From Candidatus Poribacteria bacterium (lineage in GTDB: Bacteria; Poribacteria; WGA-4E; PCPOR2b): a DNA stretch of 64,000 nucleotides. The stretch covers positions 2,720,001-2,784,000 of the forward strand of contig OZ244587.1 in assembly GCA_965218095.1 (NCBI GenBank). The letters are read 5' to 3'. Below the pieces are notes generated by a model. The model had not been told where the DNA came from and did no database searches. It saw only the letters and a list, made by a program, of their open reading frames with translations. Position numbers and translations under genes: made by a program. Shown here piece by piece: positions 49,736 to 60,392 of this stretch; position 1 is the stretch's first letter; each line of letters opens with the position of its first letter.

Positions 49736-51202
49736 TCACTCAACAACGACTTCCGGTCTGCCTTCCACCATCCACTCCGTATGGAAGACAGTCGGCTTTC
49801 CATCTGCGCCAACAACCGTCTTACCATCTGCCTCGATTCGGTTGTAGGTATGTGCGCCAAAGTAATCCCGTTGCGCCTGGATGAGGTTGGCAGACAACCG
49901 CTCGCTACGATAGCTATCGAAGTAAGCCAGCGCAGAACTAAATGCAGGTACCGGAATACCAAGCTGCGCCGCGGTTGCAACCACATGACGCCAATTGTTC
50001 TGAGTCCGTTCGATGACCTCTCGAAAGTAGGGGTCGACTAACAGATTTGGCAAGCTGGGGTCGCGCTCATAAGCATCAGCGATTCGATGCAGGAGACGGG
50101 CACGGATAATGCAGCCGCCACGCCATCCTAGAGCGATTGTTCCCGGATCGAGATTCCAGTTATGCTCGCTGCTCGCTTCGCGCATCAACGCAAACCCCTG
50201 GGCGTAAGAGCAGATCTTGGAAGCATAAAGGGCATCATGGATAGCCTGCAGCAACTCTGATTTGTCGCCCTCATATTTCCCACTGGGGCCATTGATGATC
50301 TGTGAGGCTTTGACCCGCTCCTCCTTAACCGCTGAGATACACCGGGCAAAGACCGCCTCCGCGATTGTCGGTGCGGAAATGCCGGCATCCAGTGCAGAGA
50401 TACTTGTCCATTTTCCCGTGCCCTTTTGACCAGCCGCATCAAGGATGACGTCAACGAGGGGGGTGCCTGATTTGTCCATCTGCGTGAAGACATCCGCCGT
50501 AATCTCAATCAGATACGAATCCAACTCGCCTTGATTCCAGTCCTTGAAAACCTGGTGGATCTCGGCAGCACTCATGCCCAGTGCATTTTTCATGAGCACA
50601 TAAGCTTCACTAATGATTTGCATGTCGCCGTACTCGATGCCGTTATGCACCATTTTGACATAGTGTCCCGCGCCGTCCGGACCGATGTACGACACGCACG
50701 GAACGCCGTCAACCTGGGCCGCAATCTTTGTGAAGATTGGCTCGACAAGCGCGTAAGCCTCACGGTCGCCGCCGGGCATCATCGCAGGCCCATATCGGGC
50801 GCCTTCCTCACCTCCCGATATTCCTGTTCCCATGAACCGTATCCTCTTCTCTGCAAGGTCATTACTACGGCGGATGGTATCCGAAAAATTCGAGTTTCCG
50901 CCATCGATGATCAGATCCCCTTCTGAGAGATGTGGCGTCAGTTGGTTAATACAGGCATCAACCGCAAAGCCCGCCTGCACCATCAGGATCATTTTTCTGG
51001 GCGTGCTCAGGGAATCAACGAACTCCTCAATTGAGTGTGCCCCAACGAAATTCTTACCCTTTGCCCGGCTTTCGATGAAGTTGTCCACCTTTGAGACGGT
51101 ACGATTGAATACCGCGATCTGAAACCCTCTGCTCTCGATATTGAGAGCTAAGTTTTCGCCCATCACTGCTAATCCGATGAGCCCAATGTCAGCTTTTGCC
51201 AT
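49736..51202 (-). CDS. gndA: NADP-dependent 6-phosphogluconate dehydrogenase
   Basis: GLAVMG, KMVHNGIEYGDM, GQKGTG, QAQRDYFGAHTY. Confidence 0.98.
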   Translation of the reverse strand: MAKADIGLIGLAVMGENLALNIESRGFQIAVFNRTVSKVDNFIESRAKGKNFVGAHSIEEFVDSLSTPRKMILMVQAGFAVDACINQLTPHLSEGDLIIDGGNSNFSDTIRRSNDLAEKRIRFMGTGISGGEEGARYGPAMMPGGDREAYALVEPIFTKIAAQVDGVPCVSYIGPDGAGHYVKMVHNGIEYGDMQIISEAYVLMKNALGMSAAEIHQVFKDWNQGELDSYLIEITADVFTQMDKSGTPLVDVILDAAGQKGTGKWTSISALDAGISAPTIAEAVFARCISAVKEERVKASQIINGPSGKYEGDKSELLQAIHDALYASKICSYAQGFALMREASSEHNWNLDPGTIALGWRGGCIIRARLLHRIADAYERDPSLPNLLVDPYFREVIERTQNNWRHVVATAAQLGIPVPAFSSALAYFDSYRSERLSANLIQAQRDYFGAHTYNRIEADGKTVVGADGKPTVFHTEWMVEGRPEVVVE

Positions 51203-51393
51203 TTTACATTCCTCCTGATTAGTTTTTCCTGGTAACTAACGTTAATTGCTTTGGATATGATACACCACTCTGGAAATACGGTTAACTGAAAAATTATGCC
51301 AACGGTTCACCTCATAAAACGGATCTTTCACCTTGACACATGCCTCCCTTTTTGATATGCTTGCAGCACGCTATAGATTCCAAATCTTAATAC

Positions 51394-52255
51394 ATGCATG
51401 CTCAAAGGAGAAGAGGAATAACTCGACAACTGAAAATTGCGATGATGTTAACTATTGTTGTTATATTGGCTGCTTGCAGCGGTGGGAAGGTGATGGAGGT
51501 AAAGGATACCGGGACCTCGCAAGCGTCGCCTCATGATACCTCAGAAGAATTTACTGGTGAGAAGATTACGGTCGCCGTTCTCGATTTTGAAAACAATTTT
51601 GGTGGCCCAAACAGAGAAGCGCTCGAAGGTTATAAATTCGGTTTAACGGACATGTTTATCACCGAACCCTCTAAAATTAAGGCGTTCACGGTGATTGAAC
51701 GGACACGCCTCACAGAGGTTGCCAATGAGTTGGCACTCACGGATCTGGCGGCGCTTGACCCGGACACCGCGCAACAGGTTGGACATTTGCTAGGCGCTCA
51801 GGTACTTTATTATGGTGGTTACACCGGAAGCAATCTATTCGCCCTCAGTGCAAGGCTTACACGAGTCGAGACTGGGGAGATTCTCCACTCCACGACCTCG
51901 GTGTCGAACCTGACGATAGGAAATTTTGCCTCTTGTCAGGGAGATGTCAAAAGATCTCGCAAAAGCCATCAAGAAGGAACGAAATTTCTTGATGGCTGAC
52001 ATCTACTACTCCAGAGGCAGAACGACTGAAGAAGACAAGGGCAATGTGGATAAGGCAATTGAGTTGTACGAGAAAGTCATTAAGCACTATTCGATAGGAG
52101 GGGGGCACGGGGTAGCAAGTCCAAAATTGGCTGACATCTACTACTCTAAAGGCAAAACGGCTAAGAGGGAAGGCGATATTGATAAGGCACTGGAACTCTA
52201 CAAAAAAGCCCTTAAGTACTTCCCGAAACACGAATTAAGCCAGAAAGCCATCTAG
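51394..52255 (+). pseudogene. CsgG/FlgO-like lipoprotein with TPRs, frameshifted
   Basis: Lipobox LAAC, VAVLDFEN, VIER, ARLTRVETGEI; TPR part continues in another frame from ~51926. Confidence 0.65.
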
Positions 52256-52382
52256 GGTCAGGAGGGAAAAGAGTAATCTTTCAGGAAGTTCGCGCGTTCT
52301 AAAACACAAGTTGGACGGGTGTGCTATCACCAGATGTTTCACAAGCCATGACGAGCGCGGTTCTCACTCCTCGCCGAGTCAA

Positions 52383-53009
52383 TCACGCCCGAAGATAATG
52401 GCGAAGTTGCTTTCTCAGGTTCCGGTGCGCATGGAAGAGGTGCGCCTTTACAGTGCCGCTAGATCGCCCCACGGTATTGGCAATCTCTTTGAGCGAAAGC
52501 CCATCCCAGTGGCGAAGAATGAAAATCTCACGCTGTTTGGGTGCCAGTTGCATGATTGCTCTGCGGAGATAGACTAACAGTTCTTTGTTTTCGAGTGCTT
52601 GTGGTGGGGATGTCAGACTCAGGTCGGCGATATTCATCATCGGGAGGTCGTCGGAGTCCAATGCGTAATTTATCATCTCGCGCCGCGCGTTCTTACGCAG
52701 GAAATCGATGCAAAGGTTGACGGTAATTCGGTAGAGCCAACTATAAAATTGAGACTTTCTCTTGAAATCTGGAAGTCCCTGATAAGCTCTGATAAAAGCG
52801 TCTTGAGTAATATCGAGTGCATCCTCGGAATTCGGAACAAAACGTTGGGCGAGTCGGTAAGTACGGTCATGGTAGCGCACAACCAGCGTATCGAAGACCG
52901 ATTCATCTCCCCTTTGAAACTGCTCGATAAGTTGTGCATCGTCGGAGAACGCTTGTACGCATCGTGGGAATACTTTTTGACAATCTTCTTCTTGCATTTT
53001 TCCTCTCAC
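52383..53009 (-). CDS. ECF sigma factor
   Basis: DITQDAFIRA, FYSWLYRITVNLC, LSLKEIA, GTVKAHL. Confidence 0.93.
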   Translation of the reverse strand: MRGKMQEEDCQKVFPRCVQAFSDDAQLIEQFQRGDESVFDTLVVRYHDRTYRLAQRFVPNSEDALDITQDAFIRAYQGLPDFKRKSQFYSWLYRITVNLCIDFLRKNARREMINYALDSDDLPMMNIADLSLTSPPQALENKELLVYLRRAIMQLAPKQREIFILRHWDGLSLKEIANTVGRSSGTVKAHLFHAHRNLRKQLRHYLRA

Positions 53010-53048
53010 AAAAGATGAATCGTGGAATGATTGGAATACTTATCCGCA

Positions 53049-53915
53049 TCAATCCATCTGCTTAATCATATCGGAAAACCAGCGTTTATACCTTTGATTG
53101 TCTTGAACCATTTGCTGAAAAACCGCTAAACTCGCGTTGTCATTCGCCGCCTGTGCAGTATCCGCGAGTTCTAGTATTTCTTCAAGCACAATCTTATCCT
53201 GGCGGATGAGATCGGACAATGCCGTTTTCAAACTTTGTCCATGTCCAAGCAGATCGAAAATTTGATTGGCATGGCGAATCTCCTCCGAAGCCACCTGCTT
53301 CAAATAGGCGGCGAGTTCGTGTTGGTTTTGTTCATCCGCCATCTCTGCCAAGATAAATCGTGTGCCGATCGACGTCAACTTTGCATGCGCCAACTCCTCC
53401 AACTCAGCTTCCAGACGTTTTTGCAGATGCCCCGCATCCCGTGGATGAAGTTGATCGTAGCTTGGCCAAACCGGCTTCTCCATCACCTGTTTCAGGCGCG
53501 TCAGACTTTTAATCAGTTCATCCTGTTCTTCAGGGGGCAACTGTCCAATCGTTTGATGCCAGAAATGGGTCGCGCTCTCTGCCCTGTCCTGAAAAAGTTG
53601 CTGCGATTGCGGTGTGAGTTGCACCCGGCTCTGCCGGCGATCTGTATCGCATTTACGCCGAATCGTCCATCCATCGCGCTCCAGGCGATCGACAAGTCCA
53701 GAAACGGTGCTGTGAGCGAGCCCGAGATGTTCTCCCAGTTCACCGATGGTCATGCCGGAGTCACCGCCATACCAATAGAGGTGCAGCAACGCGTTAAACT
53801 GCACGATCGTTAGTTTGTTCGGCACGACCTGCTGGATAAAACGTGATTTCACAGCGCCCTGCGCGAGTTTCATCACGCGCATGATTAGCATAGCATTTTC
53901 AGCGTGCTTGGACAT
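53049..53915 (-). CDS. MarR regulator fused to a ferritin/rubrerythrin-like domain
   Basis: STVSGLVDRLE..DRR; C-terminal LAAYLKQVASEEIRHA (ExxH). Confidence 0.8.
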   Translation of the reverse strand: MSKHAENAMLIMRVMKLAQGAVKSRFIQQVVPNKLTIVQFNALLHLYWYGGDSGMTIGELGEHLGLAHSTVSGLVDRLERDGWTIRRKCDTDRRQSRVQLTPQSQQLFQDRAESATHFWHQTIGQLPPEEQDELIKSLTRLKQVMEKPVWPSYDQLHPRDAGHLQKRLEAELEELAHAKLTSIGTRFILAEMADEQNQHELAAYLKQVASEEIRHANQIFDLLGHGQSLKTALSDLIRQDKIVLEEILELADTAQAANDNASLAVFQQMVQDNQRYKRWFSDMIKQMD

Positions 53916-54331
53916 TTTCCCCAGCTCACTTCAAAATTGCGTCGGATAACAGACATTATTCCATTGTATACGACATATTTTACCCGTAAATTCTGCGAAA
54001 GTCAAATCAAAGTTTGACAAAAATGCGCCTCCAGGTGATGATATTATAAACAGGGAGGTTCATTTTCCTGTGCTATCACTAAGCCTTTGAGAATCCGCAT
54101 CGGAACTGGAAAATTCACGTCGCAAAAGTTCAAGGGTTCATTGAACGCCTCAACCCCTGAACGCATGAACTCAAATCCCTGGCCGTTGGATCTATGCGCT
54201 AGATGGAACAGATTTTCTTTGGCAGTCGGAGTACATTTTGATCTTCGCTTTACTGGTAACTGCCTATCTAAAACAGATTGCCAGAATCTAATACCATCTC
54301 GATTTTGATTGAAAATTCAGGAGGTCGTCAA

Positions 54332-55115
54332 ATGAAAAACGTCTTGGCTTGTGTCGGCGGTTATGGCCGTTACGAGCACATCATGTATGATCATTTAACC
54401 ACCTTTAACCACCATTGGGGTGAGCCATTTGCAAATCGCCGCACCGCCGGTTTCGGAAGCTGCGGAAGTACAAGCGCGTCTGCGCCAGCACGGTTTGGAG
54501 GCGGTTGTGCTGATGGCGAAGTATCTGGAGGAAGATACCGTCGCGACAGACGAGGCGATGGCGGATTGGGTTTGCGCTTTCAATGCAGCGGTACGCATGA
54601 ACGTCTCGCTGGTACACAGCAGCGTCAAAGCAGGCCCAGGGGTTAAGTCTCGCGTATACGACTGGCTTGCAAAAATGGGCGATGAAGTCGCTTCCCGGAA
54701 CATCACGTTGGTGCTCGAAACCCATCCAAACCTGCTCCACAACGGGGATGTTTGCTTAGAGACTATGGAAGCCGTGGACCACCCGGCTGTCCGCATCAAT
54801 TTCGACACAGGCAACGTGTCCTTCTACAACAAGGGTGGAGATGCAGTTGCGGAACTCCAGAAAATTGCCTTATACGTTGCCAGCACGCACCTGAAAGACC
54901 ACAACGGCAAATTCGAGGATTGGCACTTCACAACACTCGGTACGGGCGTCGTGGACTTCGCGGGGGTACTGAGAACGCTCAAGGCGGTTGACTACGCGGG
55001 ACCGTGGATACTCCAGCCTGAAGGTGTCCGGGGGGAAGATCTGACTGAAGCGCAGACCAAAGAGCGCATAGAAAAGTCGGTGGAACACCTCCGCAGGCTC
55101 GGCTATGAGGGCTAA
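54332..55115 (+). pseudogene. Sugar phosphate isomerase/epimerase (xylose isomerase-like TIM barrel), frameshifted
   Basis: ETH, FDTGN, HLKD, GTGVVDF; a 10-bp duplication TTTAACCACC (54394-54413) shifts the frame. Confidence 0.85.
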
Positions 55116-55319
55116 TACAACTTTTTCAGTTATTACCCAATTTCGATGCAAAGTAGGAGTCGGAAGAGGTGACATGGAAACACAGAGATTGGAAGGAGGA
55201 GAGAGACAAACTCCCATTCTTCCTGTCCTTCCCTTCTTCCATTCCTTTCACGTTTCACGCATCACGTTTCACACGATTTTCGCGTTTCCTCAAAAAATGA
55301 GCGACCTGTACAGCCCGAA

Positions 55320-55871
55320 TTGGTGAGTGCGGCGCAATCTAAATTCGGGCCAATTCACACAGCCCTCTGCCATATCGGTATGGTCATCCCAAAGCCGTTG
55401 CTCGAATACACTGACGATGAATGGGATGAAACGATGGCGGTCAACGTCAGGACGGCTTTTCTGTTGGGCAAAGCTGCGTCACAGGCGATGCTTGATGATG
55501 AAGTCGCCGGACATCTCATTTTTACCATCTCCTGGGTCGCCGATGTGCCATGGCCAGAAATTGGCCCCTACAACGCCAGCAAAGCAGCGATGAAACAGTT
55601 GATGCGGTCTTTCGCACACGAGCTGGCTGACAAAGGCATCCGTGCCAACGCCATCGCGCCCGGAATCGTTAGTGTGGGGCTTGCCAAACATTAGTGGGAC
55701 ACCGACCCCAGCTACAAGGCGCGAGCCCAGAAGGCGATTCCGCTGGGGTATATGCAGCCGCTTGAGTCGGTGGCGAATGCGTTTTTATTCCTCTGTAGCT
55801 TAGCTGCCGATTACATGACCGGATCCGTTCTGCTTGTTGATGGGGGTTGCAGCCTTTATCCGATGGATTAA
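55320..55871 (+). pseudogene. SDR fragment
   Basis: YNASK, NAIAPG, VDGG; N-terminus absent; TAG at 55692. Confidence 0.8.
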
Positions 55872-55981
55872 TGGAAAGGAAGGAAGTCTCCTCCTATCCA
55901 TCCCTTCCTTCTTCCGAGTTTCTCTGAAAAACTTATACCAATTCTGAATGACAATCAGGCATAACTTTTGGAGGCGAGGAA

Positions 55982-57169
55982 ATGATTACGAAGTTTGGTA
56001 CGCTATTCGCGGGGCATGTTGACCTCGAAGATGTAGGATTCGACGGCCCCCCTATAAACGCGCGCTGGCTCTCCGATGAACATCTGGCAACCGTGTTCGA
56101 CAAGACCCGAGCCATCGCGCAACTCATGGACCGCACCGGCTACGAGACCCTCTGGCTAGCTGAACACCACTTTCAGCGCGAGGGGTATGAGTGCATCCCT
56201 AACCTTCTGATGCTCGGCGTTCATCTCGCTCACGTGACTGAGAGACTCAAGATCGGAAGCGCCTTCAACATTCCTCCCATGTGGCACCCACTGCGACTGG
56301 CCGAGGATTTTGCCACCGCCGACATTCTCACAGGTGGACGTATCATCTTTGGCATAGGTCGAGGCTACCACACTCGCGAGGTCGAGGTCTTTGGGGCGCC
56401 TCTGCTGGATAAAGATGCCAACTGCGAGCTGTTCGAGGAGCAGGTTGACATTATCTTCAAGTCGTTCAATGAGCCGTCCTTCTCCCACCACGGCAAGTAC
56501 TACGACATCCCGCCTAAGGTCCCGTACCGGGGGTATGAGTTGGAGGAGATTACACTGGTGCCCCGTCCGCTGAATCTGCCTGTGGAATGCTGGCAGCCTA
56601 TCGTCAGTGCCAGCGAGCGTGGCCTCAACTTTATGGCGAAGCACGGCATCAAGGGGATGATCGGCGGCGGAGCGGCTGCGGGCGGCGCCGCGGACAAAGT
56701 AATGCACACTTGGCAGCAGGTGCAAGCGAATCATGGTAGGGAGATGGCGCTCGGCGGCGACCTGATTATCGGCCTCTCCTTCCATATCGCCGACACTGAG
56801 GAAAAGGCCATCAATGAGGCCCAGAAATACTTTGAAGAGCACATGAAGATGTTCGCGCCTCTGGGGTTCGTGCGTGGATTGACGGACGAACAGATCGCCG
56901 CCACAGGCCATCCGCAGAAGGCGCGCACCGCGGGCCTGCCGACGCTGGAAGATGCCATGAAGGCAGGTTCGTGGCTGTGCGGACCGCCTGAATTGATAAC
57001 CGAAAAGCTCATGGACGTTCAGGAACGCTATCTTGGACTTGAACGGGTCAACATCAACAACACCGTCGGTACGCCCGAGCGCGTGATTTTGGAGCAGCTC
57101 GACTGGTTCGCCAAAGATGTCATGCCTGCATTCAAAAGCCAGGTCAGCACCCCGGCAGCAAATGACTAA
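55982..57169 (+). CDS. LLM-class flavin-dependent oxidoreductase
   Basis: WLAEHHF, HPLRLAED, GIGRGY. Confidence 0.93.
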   Translation: MITKFGTLFAGHVDLEDVGFDGPPINARWLSDEHLATVFDKTRAIAQLMDRTGYETLWLAEHHFQREGYECIPNLLMLGVHLAHVTERLKIGSAFNIPPMWHPLRLAEDFATADILTGGRIIFGIGRGYHTREVEVFGAPLLDKDANCELFEEQVDIIFKSFNEPSFSHHGKYYDIPPKVPYRGYELEEITLVPRPLNLPVECWQPIVSASERGLNFMAKHGIKGMIGGGAAAGGAADKVMHTWQQVQANHGREMALGGDLIIGLSFHIADTEEKAINEAQKYFEEHMKMFAPLGFVRGLTDEQIAATGHPQKARTAGLPTLEDAMKAGSWLCGPPELITEKLMDVQERYLGLERVNINNTVGTPERVILEQLDWFAKDVMPAFKSQVSTPAAND

Positions 57170-57251
57170 TGCCGCATAAGAACGGATTGCTTAAGCGCAG
57201 AGCATCGGAGGCCCTAATACCGATTTAGGTTTTTGATTTTCCATCAGATAA

Positions 57252-57323
57252 CCCCCTCTAACTCCCCCTTCTCAAGGGAGAGAACCGCTCTCTCCTCTTC
57301 TTGCGAAGGAGGGGATGGGGGGA
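57252..57323. repeat. REP-like double hairpin
   Basis: CCCCCTCTAACTCCCCCTT-AAGGGAGAG ... GGAGGGGATGGGGG; related half copy near 34592-34622. Confidence 0.5.
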
Positions 57324-57354
57324 AGTCAGAATGAGAGATTTAAACCCTAATCCA

Positions 57355-57581
57355 GTATGAGGCGGTCTCGAACCACTTCTGTCCCCCGGGGGACTGCGAT
57401 GTGTGGTCGAGTGACCCTGAATGCGGTGTTCCCTTACCCGCACTTTGTGGGGTGTCCTTTTGACGTCCCGGTGGTGTCCCGTGGCAACGATGGTGAGCCC
57501 TTTTGGAATCTATCCGTATGTTTACTTGGTTGATGGGGTGGTTAAACAGGAACAACTGTTGCATATTCACAAATAAGGAGC
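57355..57581 (+). ncRNA. Orphan structured element resembling an IS110 non-coding end
   Basis: Nested stems GGTCTCGAACCAC/GTGGTCGAGTGACC around the palindrome GTCCCCCGGGGGAC; TGCGG/CCGCA hairpin; ends in SD AAGGAG with no ORF after it. Confidence 0.35.
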
Positions 57582-57646
57582 TCAGTCGCCTCTCGATACA
57601 CCACGCGACTCAATCCGGGGATTTTTTATGTTTTACGCTTCACGTT

Positions 57647-59803
57647 TCACATCTCAACGACCACATTCCCCCACTCGTCCCGATAAGCTGTGTAGTCTGG
57701 TGGAACGAGGATCGTCGTGTCATACTCTTCGACGATGAGCGGTCCGCTTTGAGACTCACTCCCCAGAACTTCGCGGGAGAGGACAGGCACATCCAGCCAG
57801 CCCGTTTCCGCACCGAAGTAGCAGCGACGATTGCGGCTTTCGGCTCTCGGCTCTCGGCTTTCGGCTTTCGGATTGTGGGTGTGCGATTTGGAAGTTGGGA
57901 TGAGGGCGGTCAAGCGCAAGTTGACGACTTCAATCGGGTCGTTGGGCGCACGGTGGCCATAGGTTCGCTCGTGCTCGGCGGCAAAGCGTTCTCCCAATTT
58001 GTGGACAAACTGCGGGTCTCCAACATCGGTGTCGGTGATTGGCAGCGTCAGTTCGGACGACTGTCCAACATAGCGAAGGTCCACCGCACGCTGCAAAACG
58101 ACGTTCGTAGTTAGGCGATTCATCACCGTGCTTGACGTGGGTTGAATTGCGCTACTACCGACCAGCTCTGCCTGTGCTGATGTTTCCATCTGATTCAACG
58201 TTTCCTTGAGTTCGTCCGTGTCTAGTTCAGCGAGCGGGTGCTTGTAGGTCTGGATCGCGTGATGCGCGATGTCCGCAAACAGCAGCCCAAACGCGCTGAA
58301 GAGACCGGGTGAGGGTGGGATGAGGATGCGCTTCATGCCAAGTGCCCCTGCCAACTCCGTTGCGTGCAAGGGGCCGCTGCCGCCGAAAGCACACAGGACA
58401 AACTCCCGTGGATCGCGTCCGCGTTCCAGCGACACCGCCCTCGCCGCCCGCGCCATGTTCGCCGCGGCGATGCGATAGATACCATAGGCGGCTTCGGGGG
58501 GCCTCATGTTGAAGCGAGAAGCGATTTTATCGTGCAGCGCCTGGTGTGCCTTTTCTGCGTTCAACGGCAACGCACCGCCCGCGAGGTGGTCAGGATTGAG
58601 ATAGCCCAACACCACATCGGCGTCGGTGAGCGTCGGTTCTTCTCCACCCAATGCATAACAGGCGGGCCCGGGTACCGCGCCTGCGCTTTGCGGCCCAACC
58701 CGCATCCCTCCTCCCTTGTCTAGGTACACGATGCTCCCACCCCCCGCACCGACCTCCGCGATGTCAATGGCGGGCACACGAAGCGGATAGCCTCCGCCCC
58801 GGCTCAAGCGGGCGCCGATCGAAATGCCGCCACCCACTTGGTATTCCGGCGAGCGCATGACCTGTCCTGCCTCAATCAGTGACGCCTTCGCGGTGGTGCC
58901 GCCCATGTCGAGCGTCAGGACATTGGTTAAACCGACACGTTCTGCGAGCGTAAGCGCCGCGATAACACCCGCCGCCGGTCCCGATTCGATAATGTGAATA
59001 GGCCTATCGGCAGCGGCGGGGGCGGACATGACGCCGCCGTTGGATTGCATGATGTAGAGCGACGTGTGGTTGCTGGTGAGTGGTTGCTGGTGAGTGGTGG
59101 GTGATGGTTGAGTCAGTTGTTGGTTCAGTTGTTCGGATAACGAGCGCAGGTAACGACTGACGACAGGTTGCAAGTAGGCGTTGATGACAGTCGTGCTTGT
59201 ACGCTCATACTCTTTGATTTCGGGTAGCACTTCGCAAGACAGGGAGACGGGCAGGTTCGGCGCGAGTTCGTGGATCAGTTCGCCCAATTGCCGCTCGTGG
59301 GCCGGGTTGACGTAGGCGTTGATGAGACAAACAGCGAGCGATTCAACCTTTTGCGCTATCAGCCAGTGAATCACCTCTCTCGCGCCTTCGACGTCCAACG
59401 AATGCACCACCTCACCATCTGCGCCGATACGTTCCTCAACCTCGCGGCGCAAGCGTCTTGGCACCAATGGGGGCGGCTTCTCCCACGTCAGGTCGTACAG
59501 ACGTGGGTAGCGCAATCGTCCGATTTCGAGGACATCCCGAAAACCCTTCGTTGTGATGAGCCCGGTCAAAGCACCTTTGCGCTCAAGAATCGTGTTGGTC
59601 GCCACTGTCGTGCCGTGCACCACTTCGGCGATCTGGCGCGACACCAGCGGCGCCAAACCGGCGACGATGCCCTGCGCGTAATCATCCGGCGTCGATGGTG
59701 CCTTTTGCGCCAGCACCGCGCCATCGCTTCCCATCAGCACAATGTCAGTAAACGTCCCACCGATGTCAATGCCGAGGCGATGTATCTTTTGTGTTGAATT
59801 CAT
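57647..59803 (-). CDS. Hydantoinase A/5-oxoprolinase family protein
   Basis: DIGGTFTD, HGTTVATN, ESGPAAG, DMGGT, GAGGGS; low-complexity in-frame insertions. Confidence 0.93.
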   Translation of the reverse strand: MNSTQKIHRLGIDIGGTFTDIVLMGSDGAVLAQKAPSTPDDYAQGIVAGLAPLVSRQIAEVVHGTTVATNTILERKGALTGLITTKGFRDVLEIGRLRYPRLYDLTWEKPPPLVPRRLRREVEERIGADGEVVHSLDVEGAREVIHWLIAQKVESLAVCLINAYVNPAHERQLGELIHELAPNLPVSLSCEVLPEIKEYERTSTTVINAYLQPVVSRYLRSLSEQLNQQLTQPSPTTHQQPLTSNHTSLYIMQSNGGVMSAPAAADRPIHIIESGPAAGVIAALTLAERVGLTNVLTLDMGGTTAKASLIEAGQVMRSPEYQVGGGISIGARLSRGGGYPLRVPAIDIAEVGAGGGSIVYLDKGGGMRVGPQSAGAVPGPACYALGGEEPTLTDADVVLGYLNPDHLAGGALPLNAEKAHQALHDKIASRFNMRPPEAAYGIYRIAAANMARAARAVSLERGRDPREFVLCAFGGSGPLHATELAGALGMKRILIPPSPGLFSAFGLLFADIAHHAIQTYKHPLAELDTDELKETLNQMETSAQAELVGSSAIQPTSSTVMNRLTTNVVLQRAVDLRYVGQSSELTLPITDTDVGDPQFVHKLGERFAAEHERTYGHRAPNDPIEVVNLRLTALIPTSKSHTHNPKAESREPRAESRNRRCYFGAETGWLDVPVLSREVLGSESQSGPLIVEEYDTTILVPPDYTAYRDEWGNVVVEM

Positions 59804-59819
59804 GTCACAGTTCCCTCGT

Positions 59820-60392
59820 TTATCGTTCGGTGGTCACTCCCGGAACGGGTGCCACAGTTCCCGTTGCTGACCCTGAATGGCAGCGTCTGCCTACCCATTT
59901 GTCAATCAACTCGAACACTCGATACGTTACGAAGTAGGTCGTAAGTGCCTCTTCCCAGAAATTCGGATTGTCTCTGAACGTCCAGTCAAGGTGAAATGGA
60001 TCTATTGCCCAGATCGGCTTATCAAGTCCCTTGATCCTCACAGCTTCCGCCATTACACAAAGGGACCCACCGCGATGGACACCGCAGTGGATGATATGCC
60101 CGCTGTTTTCTGACACATCATGCATCCCCGCCGCTAGCTCATAATAGACATAGAGCTCCGCGAATGAGTGCCAGACCGAATTTTTATTAACCATCATCAT
60201 CTGGCACATCGGATCGACAACCTTTTTTGTTTTCCTCGGCTGCCTTAATACAAATTCCTGAAACTGATTGCGTCGATCTTCCATATCTGCTATACTATAA
60301 TCGAGAGTTGCTCTGAATCTCCCGATAGGATCGGGATCCTCGATGGGAATCGGGACAGATTCTATCGGGGTTGCTTTGAATCCCGATTTCAT
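59820..60392 (-). pseudogene. TylF/MycF-like class I methyltransferase fragment
   Basis: HIIHCGVHRGGSL...WAIDPF; C-terminal half apparently missing. Confidence 0.55.

Noticed and set aside
54052-54180. 6S RNA candidate
   Set aside because: The pairing is explained by the GTTCA/TGAAC octamer repeats also seen at 49654-49730; no central bubble is evident
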